This document shows positions 1 through 11,567 of a stretch of 64,000 nucleotides of DNA, piece by piece. The stretch spans positions 1 through 64,000 of the forward strand of contig NIVC01000121.1 in the NCBI GenBank assembly GCA_002269645.1, in the 5' to 3' direction. Position numbers and translations under genes: made by a program. Every line of letters begins with the position of its first letter. Positions within the stretch are counted from its first letter, which is position 1. The notes under the pieces were generated by a model. That model saw only the letters and a list, made by a program, of their open reading frames with translations. It was not told the DNA's origin and ran no database searches. The DNA is from Macrostomum lignano (Eukaryota).

Positions 1-763
1 GCTGTGAGCAGCATGCGTTACCCTTGGCCATAGAAATACACACCGCATAGTGCTTCTATGCTCACTCAGAAGAAAGCCACAAGTACAGCTGATCAAGCAC
101 AGACTTGCAAGACAGCAGCTTGCAATATTTGTTCCTGTCATGGACCCAACATTCACTCCACAGAAGGGCAAAGACGCAATTTTTACACTTTGAGTCTTAG
201 TCAAAAATGCTCTGAAATTCACGAAAACCTGACCCGCATTCACGGTCCCGATTCCATCAGTCGACGAACGGTTTACAGATGGATCAATAGTTCGAGGCTG
301 GTAGAGCTAATCAGCAGCATACGTGCGCAACCTTGGGAATCACCCGGCCGTTTCTATTGGCAACACAGACATGTAAGTCGCTATTGGCTGAGAGCAGTCA
401 CGTGACTACTATTCTGTCCAATAGCGACATACATCATAACATGTGTGTGTTGCCAATAGAAACAGCCGAGTGAATCCCAAGGTTGCGCCCAAGCATGTGC
501 CAGCTCTACCAGTAGAGATAATCAGCTCTACTTGTGGCTTTCTTCTGGTGAGGATAGAAGCACAATGCGGTGTGTATTTCTATGGCTAAGGTATGCGAAC
601 AAATGCATGCTTGCTCACAGCAGGAAGCACTTATAAAAATTGGACTTTCGTGGCATGAAAGCTAAAATAAGCCGCTAACTTTTAAGGCATATGATTTTTT
701 AAACATACATTAATACTTGTGAAAGCAAGCAAAAGTGACACTACTTCTGGGACACCCCTCGTA
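1..763. mobile_element. Tc1/mariner-derived non-autonomous element (partial) with internal inverted repeats
   Basis: Right end CACTACTTCTGGGACACCCCTCG|TA (mariner-type TIR plus TA). 1-95 is inverted at about 521-621. ORF 58-405 contains a mariner HTH-like stretch EIHENLTRIHGPDSISRRTVYRW. Confidence 0.75.
298..511. repeat. about 210-bp palindromic (hairpin) MITE-like element
   Basis: Arms are reverse complements around the centre AGTCACGTGACT (about 396-407). A second, decayed copy lies at about 13000-13190. Confidence 0.8.
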
Positions 764-1566
764 CATTTCTGATACATGATTCTACTGTTACATGCCAGTT
801 ACATGATCCTCATTTTGCCAGTATAAACGAAAAGCTCTAAGAATAACAATACGCTCGTAAAGATGTAATAAAGGCATATCATAATAATAGATGTATATTG
901 GGCTGCCTCCTATCCAAAGCAATAGCAATTTTCGTGCTGAAAATATACCTGTCTCCTAAAGTTTTCAAGAAATTTAGTTTCCCGTTCTAGTTGAGTAGTC
1001 CTTGATCGGGAGCAGAGCCATCAATTTATATCGGACTGGCTGTACTTCAACCTCAAACCTGTGTCCCATTCATCTCACCGATTCACACCTGGATCCCAAT
1101 CTAATAAGCTTGTGTCGATCCCTGCAATTCACATCTGGACTTGCAGCGCCCTAGCAATATGCATGTTCTAGTGCATGCATAGATATATTTTGCCGACGCT
1201 ACACTATGTCCATTGCATTCTCGGCTGCCTTTAACGTCTCTGTTAGCGGAGTACTTTGTTATCAGTGATTATTGGCTAGGTAATCAATACGTACCGCATC
1301 TTGCAGAAATAATGTACTTCGGATCTTAAATCACACTCAGGATTCTTCATCTCTCGCCCTGTTTTGTTTCCTAATCTCACATGAAGCACTTGAAAATCTC
1401 AAATTGATTCACAGGTCTCTTCTATTGAATCCTGCATCTGGGAGTATTGGTGTTAATTAAATTTGATAGACTAGAAATTGCTGGTTTGACTAGTTGTAAC
1501 ATTTTTTGTTTCCCTAAATCTCAATTTCACTCAATACTTTTTGTTCCTATTAGTTAAAATCAATCA

Positions 1567-3145
1567 TTATTCATTGATTAGACTAATTGCACTTCCCTGT
1601 GGACACCATGCTTTGCACTCGAGCACATCCTTGAACAGGTTGCTGTTCAGTATCATTACATAAACCCGGATTCGGCTACCCGGCGAAGGTGCACCATCGA
1701 TCCGTTTGGAGCACCAGTTCTGCACTGCACGAGCATAGTGCACTTGTTTTGGCTGCAGTCCGAACTGCTCAATACACGGCATCTTGAACCACAGCTGATT
1801 GTAACGATTGCCTAGCACTAGCAGTAGCCTATCAGTGCCTTGGATATCGAATCGAATGTGATTTGTGTCAGACATTGCTTCCTTTCAGCTCATTTCGCTT
1901 AACTGACCAGCCAGGCTAAACTTTCTCCACCATTTAAAAAGCATTGGGATCTGTTGAAGCCACCCAAGAGACTTACTGGATTGCTCCATCTCGTCCAACA
2001 CTCGGCTGACCGCTAAGGTAAACAGACTCAAACTGCCATAGACGAAGTACTCAGACAGATAGTGGGAATAGAAAGGCGGCATGGCTGTTTGCAGAGGAAA
2101 CACAGCATATAGTCTTGCATATTCAACACCTTGATCCCGGCTGTGATTGGAGACGAGATATCGATCGTTGCCTAGTCAAAGTCGACACTAATTGATAATA
2201 CCTGTTGCCTAGCAGAGCGATGGCAAGAAGCCTGCCAAAATGTTGATTATCGATGTGCCGACGAACTGAACCAATAATCCTTGGAAACTTGTCACTTTAG
2301 CCAACAAAATCAACCGTTTAAAGTATTGAATTATTAGTAAAATAACTGATTATCTCGTCGAAATTAAGCCGCTCTACACTAGCCGGGTATTGGTCGATGC
2401 CGACACATAAGTTAGCAAAGCCCTCCTGAAATTTCGGATCCCAACTACCCGTTAGCAAGCTGCGCTTATCAAAGGAGATTTCGGCTTCCAGTAAACCATC
2501 AAAATCAGACTTGATGAGGAAGGCTATTAGAGACTCCACAGTCCACTGATCCTGACTAACGGGTGTGGAGTATTCGAAAATCTGTCCTAGCAGCGTCTTT
2601 ACAGTTCGAGCCTTTAAGCTATCAGACCAATCCAAGATATGCATGCATAGCCAGTCTACGCAGGAATTGAACAGTTCAATGGTCTTCTATTAGGCCGTCT
2701 CCAGCAAAGAGTTCGTACAAGTTCCTAGCGATGGATTCAGACGTCAAAGTATCCGTGCTGACCTTCATCAGTTCAAACGGGTCGCGGTCGAGCTGCAGCG
2801 GATCTCTCGGCACACTACCTAACGCGTCGAAGCCCACCTGTTGGTTGAAATTTCCGCAGGAGAATTCGTATAGAAATCCTGACAAGGATTGGCACTTCTG
2901 TTCATCCAGCCGAGCATGCGGGTGACCTCGGACAGGCTCACCGCGGTCAGCGTGGTGCTGTTGAACTTCACAGTAGGAGCGATGCGAACTCCTCCGCATT
3001 GCACCTCCGCTACTAGACGCAGCAGGGCTGCGGCTAGCAGCACAAAACTATAAGACGTCACCAAGCTATTCAAGATTTCCCCAGAGCTAAGCGAAATCAA
3101 CCCGACAGTTCTCAAGAGAGAGAGGGTGACAAAATTTATAGCCAA
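1567..3145 (-). pseudogene. Neprilysin/ECE-like (peptidase M13) relic, intronless, frameshifted, HExxH absent
   Basis: Ordered M13 motifs across four ORF fragments: N-terminal hydrophobic anchor; NPCQDFY/EFSCGNF; FPLQTAMPPFY...YGSL; QVHYARAVQNWCS...SPGSRIRV...LNSNLFKDVLEC. Stops and frameshifts lie between them. Confidence 0.75.
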
Positions 3146-3477
3146 ATTTTGTTAAAATTATTTCTAGCTACAGTGTCTTAATCCAATTTTGGTAAACAGA
3201 AAATTTCTACATTTTTGTTGGCGCGAAACTCTTATTGAAAAAAGAAACTACGAGCCTGAAAACAAACAAAAAACAACAATTAATTACATCGTTAATTCCA
3301 GTCTTTCGATTTGTTAATGCAGACACTACCAAAATCAAGCGGTATATTTACACTTAGCAATGGCTATCATAGAGATTAATAATTTGTACAGATTTCGTCG
3401 AAAACCACTAAGTAAGTTCCAGGATCATAAAGCGAGGCTAGGGAATTGGGGATAATAAAGTGAAACTCGAGATCAGG

Positions 3478-4078
3478 AAGTGACACTCGGGAACTGAAAG
3501 TAGGGATCAGGAAGTGACACTCGGGCACTGGAAGTAGGGATCAGGAAGTGACACTCGGGCACTGAAAGTAGGGATCAGGAAGTGACACTGGGGCACTGGA
3601 AGTAGGGATCAGGAAGTGACGTTAGGGAACTGAAAGTAGGGATCAGGAAGTGACACTCGGGAACTGAAAGTAGGGATCAGGAAGTGACACTCGGGCACTG
3701 GAAGTAGGGATCAGGAAGTGACACTCGGGCACTGGAAGTAGGGATCAGGAAGTGACACTGGGGCAATGGAAGTAGGGATCAGGAAGTGACACTGGGGCAC
3801 TGGAAGTAGGGATCAGGAAGTGACGCTCGGGAACTGGGGATCAGGAAGTAACACTCGGGAACTGAAAGTAGGGATCAGGAAGTGACGCTCGGGAACTGGG
3901 GATCAGGAAGTAACACTCGGGAACTGAAAGTAGGGATCAGGAAGTGACGCTCGGGAACTGGGGATCAGGAAGTAACACTCAGGAACTGAAAGTAGGGATC
4001 AGGAAGTGACGCTCGGGAACTGGGGATCAGGAAGTAACACCGGGAACTAGGGATCAGGAAGTGACGCTCGGAACTGGG
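3478..4078 (+). repeat. 34-bp minisatellite (28-bp variants) GGGATCAGGAAGTGACACTCGGGAACTGAAAGTA
   Basis: About 19 tandem units read directly. Confidence 0.95.
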
Positions 4079-4219
4079 ATTAAAATAAAAAACTGAAAAA
4101 AACTCACTTCTTGTTTCTGCAACGCAGAATTTTTCTCTACTTTTACCTTTAAAAGATGAATAACAATAGGCGACTCCCCGTTCGGGTTCATAAAAGATAA
4201 AAATTCCAGTTATGCCATT

Positions 4220-4738
4220 CTATCCGTGACTAGCCAGTACATGAAAAAAATGAAACACTTCGTCGGAATCTTGCACGGCAACCACTGTGCCGCATACCGA
4301 ACACCGCACAGGGTGGTAAACTTCTTCGTGATTTGTTGTTCCACTATTCCTACTGCCGCCTCCATCGCCCAGAGAGGTAGCATCGGTGGCATTTAAAGTT
4401 TCATTCGTATTGACGCAACAATTGGTAACGAACATGGCTCTGTACTGATTCTTGTAGCGAACGTGGCGTTGACAATCGAGACAGACTAACGACATGCAGG
4501 CTGGGCAGTTGAGCACCGCGTCTGTGGACCGGCCAGCGCCCGACAAGGCGGTACCGCGCAGCCGATCAACCCACTGCTGGTCAGCTGCGTCAGCATCTGG
4601 ATCGTAGTGCGGAGCTGGCGGCGTCTCCGCTGTGCCATCAGCGCCTTTACTGATGGCAGCTGCACCGCCTTCGGCAAGCTCAGTCTCCTCGTCTACATCT
4701 TCATCAAAGTCCTCATCCTCTGGAATCTCTTCGCGATC
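4220..4738 (-). CDS. EAPP: E2F-associated phosphoprotein, C-terminal exon (upstream exon(s) not located)
   Basis: Acceptor tttcag at 4739, open to the stop at 4220. Motifs [44 protein letters not shown] and [26 protein letters not shown]. Confidence 0.85.
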   Translation of the reverse strand, partial: DREEIPEDEDFDEDVDEETELAEGGAAAISKGADGTAETPPAPHYDPDADAADQQWVDRLRGTALSGAGRSTDAVLNCPACMSLVCLDCQRHVRYKNQYRAMFVTNCCVNTNETLNATDATSLGDGGGSRNSGTTNHEEVYHPVRCSVCGTVVAVQDSDEVFHFFHVLASHG

Positions 4739-4918
4739 CTGAAATTTTTGTTGCCTTGCATTTGTTTCTTAACAGTTGTAAGAGCTGATAGTAAGCTTAT
4801 GACGTTCTCGAGACTGCGTCAAGGACTACTTAAGTAGAAGAATGGGAACCTACGCTTCTTAAAAACATTTTAGGAGACAGGTTTTACCGAAAAATTCATT
4901 ATGGTTAGTTAGCTGGCA

Positions 4919-5262
4919 GGGTCGCCATCATAAACCCGAAATATCATAAATCCGAAATGTTACAAACCCGAAATATCACAACTCCGAAAACCAAAATAGC
5001 ATTGCCCATCACAAACCCGACATATCACAACTCCGAAAGCGTTAGCAACGCACAACATAAACCTGAAATATCACAAACCCGAAATATCATAACCAAAATA
5101 GTGTTGGACATTGCTAGAACTTTGAAGTTATGATATTTCGGGTTTATGATGGGCAATGCTATTTTTTCGTAGTTATGATATTTCGGGTCTGTGCTATTAC
5201 GGGTTTATGATGGAAAGCTCTTTTCGGAGTTGTGATTTTTCGGGTTTGTGATGCCCCCCCCC
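4919..5262. mobile_element. MITE with GG termini, internal inverted AAACCCGAAATATCA repeats and 8-bp TSD (Merlin/hAT-like)
   Basis: TSD AGCTGGCA at 4911-4918 and 5263-5270; ends GGG..CATCATAAACCCG / CGGGTTTGTGATG..CCC. Confidence 0.75.
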
Positions 5263-5276
5263 AGCTGGCACACTCC

Positions 5277-5545
5277 AAGCGACATTGTCACACAACCGGC
5301 GAGAGGCATTACTGCCCATTCCGCCGACTCCCCTGAGCAGGCACACAAGCGCGCGGATACGTACGCAGTCATACGCACAGGCACACACTCACACAGGAGT
5401 GTACATCGACCCAAACTTTATATTATCGTTAGGCATGTACACTTCACTGCGCCTTGGGGTTGGCCCTCAAGGGCGTTAATTGACGAGCAGACTCGAAATT
5501 AATGTGACTGCACTTGGAATCGAGCCCGCGGGCCGCTGACACATC
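5277..5545 (-). mobile_element. tRNA-derived SINE family B copy (5' truncated)
   Basis: Reverse complement of 6500-6757; B-box remnant GGCTCGATTCC. Third copy at 51055-51275. Confidence 0.8.
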
Positions 5546-6236
5546 AATCAATCAATCAATCAATCAATACAGCTATATAAGAAGAGGCAAGACATGTCAA
5601 AAAGATGACCTTTTGTGCTGAAGAAATGAAAACCTCCAATCTCTGCAATGTATTTTGTTCGGTAAAACCTAGAAGCCACATCAAACTTTAGAAACCCACT
5701 TTAAATGTTCAACTAGCAAAGGGGGGGGGGGTGAGCATGAGCTCAGCGTATTCCGAGGTTAGCAGGTTTCGACTGTTTTTCGGTTTAGTTAAACGTACTC
5801 TGACTTAAACTGTCCATTGGGCTGTTTTTTCTCTCATTCTTTTCATTTTTATATCGTGTTTAGACAAAATCACTTACACGGGGTGTACTGTACAGTGAAC
5901 CTGACTTAGAATACGTGAATCGAATGAAAAAAAAAACTGTTTTATAAAGTCATTCAGCTGTTTTTCAGAAAAATGATTAATTTTGTATACCATCATGATG
6001 TTTTTATGGTATATTAAATCGCATAAATAAATTAGTTGGTTATTATTTATGAAACAATGCAAGAAAAAATTATCAGGAGTCAGGACAGATTCGGCACAAA
6101 CAGAAATTTAAGTAGGAAAACAATATTGAAGTTAATATCTATTAAAAAGGCACAGCAGTCTAAAAGATTGTAGAGCAAAACAACTTATAAAAACCGTTCA
6201 AAGAGTTCTGTGTAAATAAAGTAGACAACAAGCTGG

Positions 6237-8033
6237 TCAGTAGCGTTTGCCGAGCTGCAGCGGATACGGCGGCAGATTGGCACCAGACGGAAACTTCAGC
6301 TGTGGCGGTTTCTGAGGCGGACAAAACCCGAACGCCTGCAGGTAAATGATGGATTTTTACAAATATAATGTAATGAAAGTTATGAAAGTCAGGGCCATGT
6401 ACACCCTGAGCTCTTGCCTGCCTACGTATTCGTGTACGTGTCATGGAATAGGCATGACTGACTAGGGGAGGGCGTAGCCCAGTGGTCCAGCGCGGGGCTC
6501 TGATGTGCCAGCGGCTCCCAGGCTCGATTTCAAGTGCAATCTAATTAATTTAGGGCTCGTGCAATTAACGGCCTTGAAGGCCAACCCCCCAAAGCACAGT
6601 GAAGTGTACATGCCTAACGATAATATAAAGTTAGGGCCGGTGTACACTCCTGTGTGAGTGTGTGCCTGTGCGTATGACTGCGTACGTATCCGCGCGCTTG
6701 TGTGCCTGCTCAGGGGAGTCGGCGGAATGGGCAGTAATGCCTCTCGCCGGTTTGTGTAACTCTTAAAATCAGCACTCACTCTGGATCCTTGACAATATTC
6801 GTAATCGTACAGCGGTGTCTGTTGCGGCGGAGGTTGAGGCGGAACGAACGCCGAGCGCATTCCACCATACGGAACAGACTGGTGCTGGTTGGCATAATTG
6901 TAGTTAAAAGAAGAGGGCGACTGTGGCTGCTGGACCTGCAGCGGCGCCGGCTGCCACTGATCGCCAATGTCGCCAGTGTAATACGAAGGATGGTGCTGAA
7001 CTTGGCTAAGAAATTCTTCCGGCATCACAGGACGACTACAATGACTTGGATCATGATAGGCATCCAGATGCTGTGGTGGATTATAATAATAATTTGAATC
7101 GTGGCCAATTTGATGCCTTAGATGGTGAAAGTCTTCATTTGACGGAGCAGCAATACTGTTAACCATGGCCTCAACAGAGCTTAGGGACGACGACTCGACC
7201 GCAGCAGTAGCAGCGGGGTTGTCGGCAACAGCCGCGGTCAAATTTCTACAGTCAACCAGAGGCGGAGGCGGCGGCAGCACCTGAACATTTGGTGCAGTTG
7301 GTGGCGACCACGCGGACGCCGTTTCCATAGCAGCGGCGGCACGAATTTTGCGCCAATTGGCACTTTTAGCTGGCAGATCTTTGAAAAGTACTTTTTTAGA
7401 TTGTTTATAGAATTTTTTCGGTCTGCTTCTGGCACTAGAAGAGGACTGTATCTGCTCTCGTGGAACAAATGTGTAAATATCAGCCAGTGGTATATCTTTA
7501 TCCAGCAGGCCGGCATCTTTGAGGGCTTGCAGCACTTTGTTAACCAGATGCTCATCCGGCGGAATCCAGCGCAGCTGTACCTTACCATAGGCGCCGCTTT
7601 TCCAATCCATGTACTGCGACTTGTGATTGACGAAGCAATGCTTCGACAGGCCCTGTATGCTAGTTTTGTGCACTAGACAGAACGGACAATTGACAGACTG
7701 CTTCGCTGAGTTGGTGTTGAACTGGTAGCGACCGAAGCAGTTAATAAAGAATGGCGAAGCACTAGCCAACATGTCGGCTGGTAGACTTTCAATGTTAAAC
7801 GCGCTGCTGGATGAGCTGCTACTGGCATCCATAACGCTGGCTATAGCGGCAGAGTATCTGCAGCGCCCTTTCACGCTTAGCTGGTGCCTTTCAAGATTGC
7901 GAGACGATACAAATGATTTGCCGCACTTGTTACAAAAGTGGCTCTTCTTGCGAGGCTTTGGTGATAGTATCGTTACTTGTTGATGTAGCTGTTCTTGCAG
8001 CTTCTCAGTTGGCTCCATTATTAGTTCTGTCAT
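6237..8033 (-). CDS. C2H2 zinc-finger, Pro/Gln-rich protein, about 450 aa; exons 8033-6780 and 6335-6237
   Basis: CNKCGKSFVSSRNLERH finger and a CPFC...KHCFVNH finger. Donor AGA|GTGAGT at 6780/6779 and acceptor ctgcag|GCG at 6336/6335 are both phase 0. Terminal exon AFGFCPPQKPP...KRY*. Confidence 0.7.
6465..6757 (+). mobile_element. tRNA-derived SINE family B, near full-length, intronic
   Basis: Head GGGGAGGGCGTAGCCCAGTGGTCC (A box) ... GGCTCGATTTC (B box); body matches 5277-5545 and 51055-51275. Confidence 0.8.
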
Positions 8034-9100
8034 CTCGTTCGCTTTATTTTCCTAACGGATCAAAAATGTTTTCATTTCGTCGCTTATTTATTGATGCGTG
8101 GAGGCTAAAAAAGCAGAGGGAGAAGCTGACGATCATTTTTTGCTTGAGCTCCGGCCAATGATTGCCTCTATGCCCATCCAATAAACGGGTGGGCGTTTTT
8201 CAAACCATATTTGGATAATAAGATGGAGTTTACTGAGCTAGGAGTGGCTCTGGCTCTCAGACCCATGCGAATGTGCATCAGACTGTACCTGCTTAGCAAC
8301 TTACTAACCAATTCCAATAGCTTGATTCTAGAGTCAGTAGCTCAACTCTTTTAAACAATAAACTTCCAGTTCCCATCGGTTACAAACAAAAAGCTGCCCG
8401 CCCCCGACCGCACCTGCCTTCTTCTTCGCATACGGGCGCCAAGCGTCTCTTCAACAGTTTCTGCTGGCTGTATGCGCCTGCAGGTTGAGCCACGCATCAA
8501 CAACACTAAGAGCTTTTTTAACTCATCGCTTGGATGACTGCGCATATTTAATGAGAAAAATTGCCACAGCTAGCCATTGCTCTAGAAAAGCGTCAGTCTG
8601 AACAGGCAATTTCTGGTCAGCGTTTTTTTCTCTGCCATCCCATGCACAGCTCTGGGCCATCGGCTCTGTCTAATAATTTGACTTAAGCCCGTCAACGCCG
8701 GGTAGGAGAGAGAGAGAAAGAGAGGAAAATACTTCTCGTGATGAAGTGAGTCAGCGGCGTAGCTAGCAATTAGTCTCTGAGAATTTTTTATAAACCATCC
8801 TCTGTCAGAAAAGTTTTAAATTGGCATTAAAACAGAAGCATATGGATGCTTGTAACTTCAGTTCGAGTCTCATCCCCAACCATATCTTGAGCACTTGATC
8901 ATACACTTGGCAAGATTAACCCCAACAAGTTCTCCACTGTCTAACCATGCAAAGCTAGCTATAACTCAAGCGACTGAGCATAAAAGTAGTAAATCCTTGG
9001 CCTATGCTGTTTAGTTACCCTTTTTGTTGGTTTAGCGCACAAACTTCAGTTATACTACTCGTAGAATATCAGGAACTTAGTCTTCCTAAAAATCCGAAAG

Positions 9101-9408
9101 CTGGGGTCGGCAAACTCAAGTCCAGCCTGCATAGCATCTCAATTTGGCCCCCAGGTCCTTTGAAACTTCACAATTGCAATTCAGCCCACTTAAGTTTTGT
9201 GCTTCTTCTCTGCTCTTTTCTCTCAAATAATTTCTTTTCTCTTCTCTCCTTTCCTCTCTGAGGCTAGCTATATTCTTTCTTTGCCTCTACTTTTCTTTAT
9301 CCCTCCTCTATTTTCTGTGACCCTCTTATCTCTTCCCCTTCTTTGGCCTACAGTCATGCACTAGATTCTCTATCTGGCCTTGGAGGTAAAAAATTTTGCC
9401 AACCCCTG
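9101..9408 (+). mobile_element. hAT-like MITE with pyrimidine-rich core (decayed)
   Basis: Termini CTGGGGTCGGCAAAC / TTGCCAACCCCTG; homologous to 19068-19636 in the opposite orientation. Confidence 0.7.
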
Positions 9409-10167
9409 TTTTAAAGGAACAATAATGCTTATTAACATCGTAGCAAAAATGCACTACATACTACTGCTGATCTTTTGATATAGTAGAAATTCAAGATCAG
9501 CTTTGTAGCTTAATACTAAATAGCATTAGTCCAGAACTAACAATGTGTAAACTAAAATTTATGATCAAATCCTAAAGGCTATTTGGTAAAAAAAATATCA
9601 TTAGAAATTAAAGTTTCTGCTTCAAATAAAATAAGAGCCTTTAATGTGCCATACAATTATTGACAGAAAGTATTTAAGGTACTTAAGGCTTATTTATGAC
9701 ATCTTGTCTAAGCCTGGTTCTTGAAGTGGAAAGCCTTTTTTGAAAAATAAACTTGTAGGCAACTATGCAACAAATATTTTTATTTTGCATATTTCTTAAA
9801 ATAATATTTGTAGTTATTTTTTGTTCAAATTGAGCCAGACTTTAGCATAAATAGATACAATTCTCTACCAGAAGATAACTTTTTCCACTTCCACTATTTA
9901 TAGGTTTTTAACCACTTAACCTAGATAGGATTCATGTCAAGGGGGAGGACAGAGACAAAAATCTATCTCCAATGGAAGCAATAGAAGCAAAATACAAAGG
10001 CAATAACCTCCCTTCCCAGGGGGGACTTGTACTTACTGTCCTGCCCCCTTGGCTACACATCTAATATAAATCTTGGAGAATAAATATAAAGTACTAAGAA
10101 GGTCATGACCCTCTAATCTTGGTAATGCTTAGAACTAGAAGAAATCTATATGCAATTAAATATACTA

Positions 10168-10990
10168 CAAGGGGTGTCCAGAAAGTAGTGTTACTGTTAC
10201 TTAGTGTGGAGGTATAGAAAGTTGCACTTGCATGCCATTTGAAAGTGGCAAGTCTCTAACTGTCTCTTCTTTAAAATGACACTAATTGCAAGAGATTTGA
10301 ATATGTGCTTAAAGAGATATGGATAGTTAAGTAGAGAAAGGTTGGTCATAGACTTACACAAGCTAAAATTTAAGCTAAAAATAGCATTCAGCTTGAATTT
10401 TTATCGATTTTTCTCACATGCATAAACTGTCTATGGCCAAATTTGATGCAGTAAATGAGAGGGGCTGCCTTAGAAAACTAAGACTGCAGTTGCTATGCTA
10501 AGTCCATAACAGTCGCGATCAATTAGAGAGCAAGGTTAGGAGGGTCCAGCTGCACCAGATTTTGAGAACTCTATGCAGATGCCATCGACAAGATGCAAGA
10601 CCAATGGGAGAAGTGCGTCATGTCTGGTGGTGACTACGTTGAGAAGACAACTCTGCCAACCAATGAGTGATTTTAACGTTGTTTGCTTGTATAACAATTT
10701 TTCCTGTTATCACCTGTTATCACTTGTTTTTAACTGTACTTTTGTTGTGTTGTTTGGATCTTCTTGGAGTGATTAATAAAAGTTTTCTGCAGACACAGAT
10801 TGTAAGTCTATGACCGACCTTTCTCTACTCAACTATCCATATCTCTTGAAGCACAAATTCAAATCTCTTGCAATTGGTATCATTTTAAAGAAGAGACTTG
10901 CCACTTTCAAATGACATCAAACTCATGCAAATGCAACTTTCCATATGTTTACACTAAGTAATAGTAACACTACTTTCTGGACGCCTCTCA
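10168..10990 (+). mobile_element. Mariner-derived MITE with about 190-bp TIRs and a transposase C-terminal remnant
   Basis: TA|CAAGGGGTGTCCAGAAAGTAGTG ... CACTACTTTCTGGACGCCTCTCA. 10572-10647 encodes YADAIDKMQDQWEKCVMSGGDYVEK (mariner C-terminus). Confidence 0.8.
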
Positions 10991-11293
10991 TCTGGACACA
11001 AATTATGCAGGATGACAAGGTTGACAATGAGAATTGAACTTTTACAACTTATAATTTATTTTAAAATTTGCTAAATTTGCTTTTGCAACTTGTTTCAATG
11101 AGGCCTCTCTCTATTTAAATACTTTTTTTCACTTTAAAAGCATTATTTGCATTGTAATTCACTAATACAACAATATTTGCAAATAACAATATCAACTCAA
11201 CTTGTTTGACTTAAGAATATTTGAATACTAAAACCATAAATACTTATATGCTTAATATCTGGCTGATCTAGCTAGTATGATAAGGATCCCAGC

Positions 11294-11567
11294 CATACAT
11301 GCGCAACCTCCAAAATTCAGTCGGCTGTGCGACTTGGTTTTTGGCCAAAAATGTGACTTACATATAAAAAAAATCCTAAAGCAAAATTAACGCAACTTTG
11401 GGTAAACGGCAGGAGTAACTATGACTGTCTTATTGAGGCAACATGCCTCGTCATCCACTTAGTACTACTTGGGTATTTATTCAGGTGGGCATTTTTGCAA
11501 CTTCCTTGGTTGGCTGCCAAATTGGTTGGCCAGATCGCCCGACTCGGCCGACTGTTGCGCATGTATG
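11294..11567. mobile_element. hAT-type MITE
   Basis: 14-bp TIR CATACATGCGCAAC; 8-bp TSD ATCCCAGC at 11286-11293 and 11568-11575. Confidence 0.85.

Noticed and set aside
2160-2220. X-box-like GTTGCCTAGCAGA inside the M13 relic
   Set aside because: Imperfect, and not near an identifiable TSS.
6462-8033. 523-aa single-exon ORF as the true gene model
   Set aside because: The last 105 codons are intron and SINE sequence; a phase-0 GT-AG intron and a Pro-rich terminal exon give a better model.
8351-8545. 64-aa ORF upstream of the zinc-finger gene
   Set aside because: No recognisable motif and no convincing splice link.
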